From: Eledone cirrhosa
Taxonomy: Eukaryota
Reading direction: 5' to 3'
NCBI GenBank assembly: GCA_964016885.1
Contig: OZ024761.1
Coordinates: 31,682,001-31,746,000 of the forward strand
Length of the DNA: 64,000 nucleotides
A program made the translations under genes and the position numbers. Positions 57,758 to 64,000 of this stretch are shown in pieces. The notes beneath the pieces were generated by a model. That model saw only the letters and a list, made by a program, of their open reading frames with translations, did not search any database and had not been told where the DNA came from. The first letter of the stretch is position 1. Each line of letters starts with the position of its first letter.

Positions 57758-59549
57758 CAATTCAATTCAATTCAATATATTTGGCAGCAATTAAAACATA
57801 GATGCCTCTGATGCTATGTAAGGAGGGGAGGGGGACAAAATGTACACAGTCGGAAACACAGTGGTCCAACACCCGTCCAATTTCGCCTTGAATTGTTGCG
57901 TGGTTGACGCGTTGACTACTTCTTCTGGAAGCCGATTCCAGGGTCCAGAGATCCGGATCGAGAAAGCAGCTTTCCGTCTATTTAGGCGAAAGCGGCGGTG
58001 AAACAGCTTTTTGTCATGTCCACGTAGACCCCTTTCAAGTACCGGAGTGAATAGGAGATCTTGAGGGATATCGTAATGGCCATTGAAGAGATTGTAAGCC
58101 AAAACCAGGTCGCCTCTTAGCCGTCGACGCTCCAAGGAGAAGAGGTTCAGCTTCTGCAGCCGGCTTTCGTATGGCAGCTCATGAAGACCCTGTACCATTC
58201 GCTAGTCGTTGAACTCTCTCCAAGTGATGGATATCCCGGATGGGTTTGATGCTTGGATGTCATATTCTAGGTGCAGTATCACGAGGGCGACATAGAGAGG
58301 CCTGAAAATTTCTGGAGTAAGTTTGGCAAAGGAGCGTCGAATAAGAAAAAGAGAGCTCCTTGCCTTGTTTGCGGCTTGAATGCAATGTTTTGATGGTTTG
58401 AAGGATGAGTCGACCAGCAGACCAAGATCTTTAGTCTCCTCAACCTCCTTCAAAGGAGCAGTGCCACCGTTGAAGGTAAGAGCTGAGTTATAAGGTGTAG
58501 CCACTGCCGTATAGCAACACTTATCGACATTGAGGTATAAATCACAGTCAATGGACCAACTCCAGGCGAGCTGGAGGCTGGACTTGAGATTGTCGATCTC
58601 GTTCCTACGGGCTACCATTTTCACATTATCTGCAAATAGAAGCACGTTTCCACCAATCACGTCCGGCATGTCGTTGATGTATAGAAGGAAGAGAATTGGG
58701 CCCAACACAGAGCCCTGGGGAACGCCGCTGTCTACTCCCATCCCCGATGACAGACTGCCATTGATCCGAACTCTGCAAGTACGACCCTCAAGAAATGATC
58801 CAATCCACTTTATAATCGAGTGATGGAGACCGTAGTTGCTGAGCTTATGCAGGAGTAGGCGGTGCTTGACAGAGTCAAAGGCTTTGGCGAAGTCGAGAAA
58901 GATAATATCGGCCGCATCTCCATCGTCCATTATCCTCGGCACCCATTCTTCCATCACGAGTAGGTTTGTAAAAGACAGGAACGTTTCGGGATGAAACCGT
59001 GTTGAGATGGAGAGATGACGGTGAAAGACGCAAGATGAGCCATAACTGCCCGCTTGATTAAAGATTCCAAGGCCTTACAGACGATTGAGGTGAGGCTCAC
59101 GGGTCTGTAGTTCCCCGGGTCTTCTTTGTCGCCTTTTTTAAAGATAGGGCAAATTATAGCTACTTTCCAGTCGGCAGGAACAACTCCGGTAGCCAATGAC
59201 AGGTTGAATAGTGTGGCTAGAGGTTTAGCAAGGTTGGGTGCAACTGCACCCAAAATCGCTGGATGTAGACCGTCTGGACCATGCCCCTTATTCACATCTC
59301 AGGACAAAAGCAACTTTTCCACCTCGTACAGTCTGACGGTGGTTGGCTGCATGGGTGGGGCGATAGTGTTTAGATTTGGAGGTTCTCTGCCATCGTCCTC
59401 ATTGAAGATATTTGTGAAAACATCGGCAAAAAGAGAAGCTTGTTGGTCAGCGTGTTCAATAACTGCAACTTCGGGGCTTCGGAGAGTGACAATTTGGTTA
59501 TTTAGTTTTTGATTTCTCTGCACGTGAGCATAAAAGCGCTTTGGATTAC
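57758..59549 (-). pseudogene. 5'-truncated CR1-like LINE, disrupted ORF2 reverse transcriptase, (ATTGA)n tail, inserted into a SINE
   Basis: GPDG, NYRPVSLTS, QHGF, DFAKAFDSV, GVPQGSVLGP, FADN (catalytic D lost), RRRLRGDL, WNRLP; ORF broken into 4 pieces; SINE halves at 57735-57760 and 59550-59705. Confidence 0.93.
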
Positions 59550-59892
59550 GACCACTAATTACTCAGTACATTACTGGTACTTTATTTTATCGACCCCGTA
59601 AGGATGAAAGGCAAAGTTAACCTCGACGGGATTTGAACTCGGACCGTAAAGGGACGTAACTATGCTGGAAAACATGGCGTCCAACCCTCTACCGATACTG
59701 TCACCCTGTAATAATTGTTTCTACTTTTGGCTCAAAGCCAGCTATTACCCCAGGGTATTACTGGTACTTTATTTTATCGAACCCGTAAGGATGAAAGGAA
59801 AAGTTAACCTCGGCGGGTTTTGAACTCAGAATGGCAAGGGCCGTAACTCTATGCGTCAAAGCATGGCGTCCAACCCTCTATCGATACTGCCA
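59550..59892 (-). mobile_element. Two tandem SINE family 1 copies
   Basis: Family consensus; spacer accctgtaataat recurs at ~57729, ~59704 and ~59892. Confidence 0.88.
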
Positions 59893-60067
59893 CCCTGTAA
59901 TAATGGCACACGCCCCAAAATCTCACGCAGGGGGATCAAACCCGTGACCTTATGATTTCGAAGTTAACTTCTTCCACCATTGAGTCACCTAATCAATAAA
60001 AATGGCCTCAAATGACTTTAGGAGGTTACATAGCTTGAGATTTTAATCAGTATTAACATATGTTTCA

Positions 60068-60967
60068 GTGTGTGTGTGTATGTGTGTAGGTCTGTGTATG
60101 TATGTATGTATGTATGTATGTATGTATGTGTATGTATGTGTGTGTATGTGTGTAGGTCTGTGTATGTATGTATGTGTATGTATGTATGTATGTGTATGTA
60201 TGTGTGTGTATGTGTGTAGGTCTGTGTATGTATGTATGTGTATGTATGTATGTATGTGTGTGTATGTGTGTAGGTCTGTGTATGTATGTATGTGTATGTA
60301 TGTGTGTGTATGTATGTAGGTTTGTGTGTTCTGGTTTATAATTTCACAAATGTTTGTCCGTGTGTGTGTGTATGTCTCTATCTGTATATGTGTGTATATG
60401 TTTCATTGTGTGACGGTGTATCTGTGTGTTTGTGTGACTGCATATATGTATGTGTCTGGATATATGCGTGTCTGCATGTGTGTGTGTTTGCTTGTGTGTG
60501 TTTTGTGTCTGGATATATGTGTGTCTGTATGTGTATGTCTGGATATGTGTTTGTATGTGTATGTCTGGATAAATGTGTTTGTGTGTGTATGTCTGGATAT
60601 GTATGTCTGTATGTGTATGTGTGTGTCTGGATATATGTGTATGTGTATGTCTGGATATATGTGTGTGTATGTGTGTGTCTAGATATGTGTGTGTGTATGT
60701 GTGTGTCTAGATATATATGTGTCTGTGTGTGTGTCTAGATATATGTGTGTGTGTATGTGTATGTCTGGATATATGTGTCTGTATGTGTGTGTTTGTATGT
60801 GTGACTGGATATATGTGTGTGTGTATGTATGTGTCTGGATATGTGTGTGTCTGTATGTGTGTGTGTGAGTCTGGATATGTGTCTGCATGTGTGTGCCTGT
60901 GTATATATGTATATGTGTATATGTGTATATATGTAACTGGGTTTGTGTGGCAACATAAATGTGTATC

Positions 60968-61020
<53 letters not shown>
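60068..61020. repeat. TG/TA-rich compound repeat with recurrent gtaggtctg and gtctggata motifs, ending in (CT)n
   Basis: Direct reading. Confidence 0.9.
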
Positions 61021-61023
<3 letters not shown>

Positions 61024-61366
61024 ATCACAGATAACAAAAACATTTATTTTTAAACTAACTTAACATTTTTTTATCAGATAAATATGTTATGACTGGGGAT
61101 TTTGTGTGTGTGTGTATGTGTATGTGCGTGAGTGTGTGTGTGTATGTGCGTGTGTGTGTGCGCGTGTGTGTGTGTGTGTGTTTGTGTGTGTTCGTGTATT
61201 GGATGGTTTCCTTCACTTTGTTTTTCAACTGTATTTCATATATATACATATTGACTTAGCTTCTAAAGCAATAACTTAAATAATTCTTAATAACAAAAAC
61301 AACAATTATACATAAAGAGAGAGAGAGGGGGGAGAGAACCGAAAGCAAGAGGACCTCCAGAGGTCG

Positions 61367-62003
61367 ACTGTAAAGTGGTCGTGATGGTGACATAGCAACA
61401 AATATCCAGTCCATACTGTAAAGTGGTCGTGTAGGTGTGACGACAAAAAGCACCCAGCCCACACTGTAAAATGGTTTGTATAGGTGTCACAACAAAAAGC
61501 ACCCACCCCACACTATAAAGTGGTCATGTAGGTGTCACGACAAAAAGCACTCGGTCCACACTATAAAGTGGTCATGTAGGTGTCACGACAAAAAGCACTC
61601 AGTCTACACTATAAAGTGGTCATGTAGATGTCGCAACAAAAAACACCCAGCCCACACTGTAATGTGGTCATGTAGGTTTCACGACAAAAAGCACCCAGCC
61701 CACACTATAAAGTGGTCATGTAGGTGTCACAACAAAAAGCACCCAGCCCACACTATAAAGTGGTCATGTAGGTGTCACGACAAAAAACACCCAGCCCACA
61801 CTGTAAAGTGGTCATAACAAAAAAGCACCCAGTACTCACTGTAAATGAAGTTGGCGTTAGGAAGGGCATCCAGCTGTTAGAAACCAAGTCAGAATCAGTT
61901 CTGTATGAACAAGACATGATCACCTAGCATTGATGACCTAGCATTGCCCACAGCAGGACAACCCGTCTCGCGTGGAAGATTAGACGTAAAATGGTGATGA
62001 TGA
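61367..62003 (+). repeat. 48-bp tandem array (~10 copies) amplified from a SINE internal segment, followed by the SINE 3' part
   Basis: ctataaagtggtc at 61561 and 61609; continues into gttggcgttaggaagggcatccagctg..gacgtaaaatggtgatgatgat. Confidence 0.8.
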
Positions 62004-62056
62004 TTATATATATATAATCATCTCTAATCTGCAAAATGTTTGCCGATGTTCTACTG

Positions 62057-62089
<33 letters not shown>

Positions 62090-62094
62090 GCATT

Positions 62095-62282
62095 AATTGG
62101 GAGATTAGAATTGCGGATCTTTACGTTTTGAGTTAAAATCCTGTCTAGGTTAGCTTTGCTTTTCAACCTTCCAAGGTCGATAAATTAAAGTACCAGTAAA
62201 GTACTGGGGGGGTATATATTTGACCTTATTTGACCTTCCCCTACCCCGTAAAACTGTTGACCTTATGTCAAAATTAGAAAAC
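62095..62282 (+). mobile_element. SINE family 1 (old, diverged)
   Basis: gagttaaaatcc..ctttgcttttcaacct..ggtcgataaattaaagtaccag..ccttatgtcaaaattagaaaac. Confidence 0.8.
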
Positions 62283-62292
62283 ATTTCCTTAC

Positions 62293-62409
62293 CTTTTTTC
62301 GGTTAAAGAAATATTTGGCAATATTTCCGAACGAGTTCAATAGTAAAATGACCACACTGACCACAGTGATTTTGGCCAAATATTCCTCCGAAATGTCCAG
62401 CTCAATTGA
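62293..62409 (-). CDS. SLC39A14: Probable ZIP exon (TM3): SIELDISEEYLAKITVVSVVILLLNSFGNIAKYFFNRKK
   Basis: tttcttctatttcag acceptor, AAG/GTAAGG donor, 117 bp phase 0-0, Y..K plus hydrophobic helix plus basic cap as expected before the ZIP His loop. Confidence 0.75.
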
Positions 62410-62713
62410 CTGAAATAGAAGAAATATATTCGATTATGGTAAAGAGAATATATACACTCAGTAGTAATGGGTGTATAATGGAGGATTACCAGATGAAAAG
62501 ACTTTCAGTACTTCCTGTGGCTCTATGGTTGTACAGCTGTGAGCAGTAGTCAGTCCATCTGTTTAGGATGTCCCGTTCTTCAGTCAGGCTTTTTCCTCTC
62601 CTTATCCTGTATGGTGGGAGTTCACCATTGCTTATATATATGGATATAAGTGTGTGTGTATCCCGGGTTCAATCGGGGTTAACCACAGTAAGTAAGGTAC
62701 TCAATACATAGCA

Positions 62714-62765
62714 GGCTTTCCTGATGATTTCCTTCGAATGAAACAGTTCTAGTCCTGTAGAAGCC
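62714..62765 (+). ncRNA. Type I hammerhead ribozyme, family A, preceded by its inverted tail (62660-62711)
   Basis: ggcuuuc-CUGAUGA-uuuc cuuc gaau-GAAA-cag uucuaguc cug-UA-gaagcc. Confidence 0.78.
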
Positions 62766-62775
62766 ATTTCTATAT

Positions 62776-62830
<55 letters not shown>

Positions 62831-62952
62831 AATATAGACATAGAATATTCGAAAATATTCTGTATGTTTATAATAAACATTTTGAAGACCTAATCGCTAT
62901 AGAATAGAATACGTCACGTATTACAATTAGATTCTCGATAAAAGCAAGGGAA

Positions 62953-62996
62953 GTAAATCTACGCGTTTCATTCTTATTAGAAATCGTCAGGACTAC
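62953..62996 (-). ncRNA. Minimal type I hammerhead (inverted unit)
   Basis: Reverse complement of 63304-63347. Confidence 0.8.
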
Positions 62997-63303
62997 ATAT
63001 CCAGTGCTTTCATCGAGAATGACACAGCTAGAGACTTATAGAATACTTAGCTGTGTACAGGAACTGGTTTGAAAGAGCGGTTGCCGGTCCGGCAGAAATT
63101 AGAAATTGGAATAAATGCTCTGAAATAGCGATATATATGTGAATATAGACATAGAATATTCGAAAATATTCTGTATGTTTATAATAAACATTTTGAAGAC
63201 CTAATCGCCGGACCGGCAACCGCTCTTTCAAACCAGTTCCTGTACACAGCTAAGTATTCTATAAGTCTCTAGCTGTGTCATTCTCGATGAAAGCACTGGA
63301 TAT

Positions 63304-63347
63304 GTAGTCCTGACGATTTCTAATAAGAATGAAACGCGTAGATTTAC
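63304..63347 (+). ncRNA. Minimal type I hammerhead with palindromic stem III
   Basis: guaguc-CUGACGA-u uucu aaua agaa u-GAAA-cgcg-UA-gauuuac; predicted cut after 63340. Confidence 0.82.
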
Positions 63348-63614
63348 TTCCCTTGCTTTTATCGAGAATCTAATTGTAATACGTGACGTATTCTATTCTA
63401 TAGCGATTAGGTCTTCAAAATGTTTATTATAAACATACAGAATATTTTCGAATATTCTATGTCTATATTCACATATATATCGCTATTTCAGAGCATTTAT
63501 TCCAATTTCTAATTTCTGCCGGACCGGCAACCGCTCTTTCAAACCAGTTCCTGTACACAGCTAAGTATTCTATAAGTCTCTAGCTGTGTCATTCTCGATG
63601 AAAGCACTGGATAT

Positions 63615-63658
63615 GTAGTCCTGACGATTTCTAATAAGAATGAAACGCGTAGATTTAC
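63615..63658 (+). ncRNA. Minimal type I hammerhead (unit 2)
   Basis: Identical to 63304-63347, +311. Confidence 0.82.
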
Positions 63659-63925
63659 TTCCCTTGCTTTTATCGAGAATCTAATTGTAATACGTGACGT
63701 ATTCTATTCTATAGCGATTAGGTCTTCAAAATGTTTATTATAAACATACAGAATATTTTCGAATATTCTATGTCTATATTCACATATATATCGCTATTTC
63801 AGAGCATTTATTCCAATTTCTAATTTCTGCCGGACCGGCAACCGCTCTTTCAAACCAGTTCCTGTACACAGCTAAGTATTCTATAAGTCTCTAGCTGTGT
63901 CATTCTCGATGAAAGCACTGGATAT

Positions 63926-63969
63926 GTAGTCCTGACGATTTCTAATAAGAATGAAACGCGTAGATTTAC
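63926..63969 (+). ncRNA. Minimal type I hammerhead (unit 3)
   Basis: Identical to 63304-63347, +622. Confidence 0.82.
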
Positions 63970-64000
63970 TTCCCTTGCTTTTATCGAGAATCTAATTGTA

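Larger units (their letters stand above)
62821..64000 (+). mobile_element. Retrozyme/Penelope-pLTR-like array: ~1.25 inverted units plus >=2.5 direct units of 311 bp, one hammerhead per unit; runs off the window
   Basis: gccggaccggc at 63207, 63518, 63829; 62821-63208 is the reverse complement of the unit; starts in (TA)n. Confidence 0.88.

Overview
AT-rich, microsatellite-dense animal genomic DNA; the SINE content and huge (TA)n tracts suggest an octopus or other cephalopod (inference). Two convergent spliced genes are present. The first is the last two coding exons of an unidentified + strand gene (3481-4130, 5366-5401) with an acidic tract, poly-Ala and a C-terminal ...QMTYL* PDZ-type motif. 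The second is four 3' exons of a minus-strand ZIP8/ZIP14-like SLC39 metal transporter (62409-62293, 57210-56964, 52961-52774, 49702-49568). The remainder is tRNA-derived SINEs, CR1/RTE/CRE-type LINE fragments, hAT, piggyBac and Tc1-mariner MITEs, satellites and simple repeats; almost all long ORFs in the track are repeat artefacts. The main discovery, read by hand from the sequence, is a multi-family population of type I hammerhead ribozyme motifs in short non-coding fold-back elements sitting at (TA)n tracts. It includes a young tandem/inverted array of a highly structured 311-bp unit with one hammerhead per unit (62821-64000, retrozyme/Penelope-pLTR-like) and a fully canonical hammerhead (51642-51722) in the sense strand of the last ZIP intron. 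All folds are manual, and no catalytic activity or database identity was tested.
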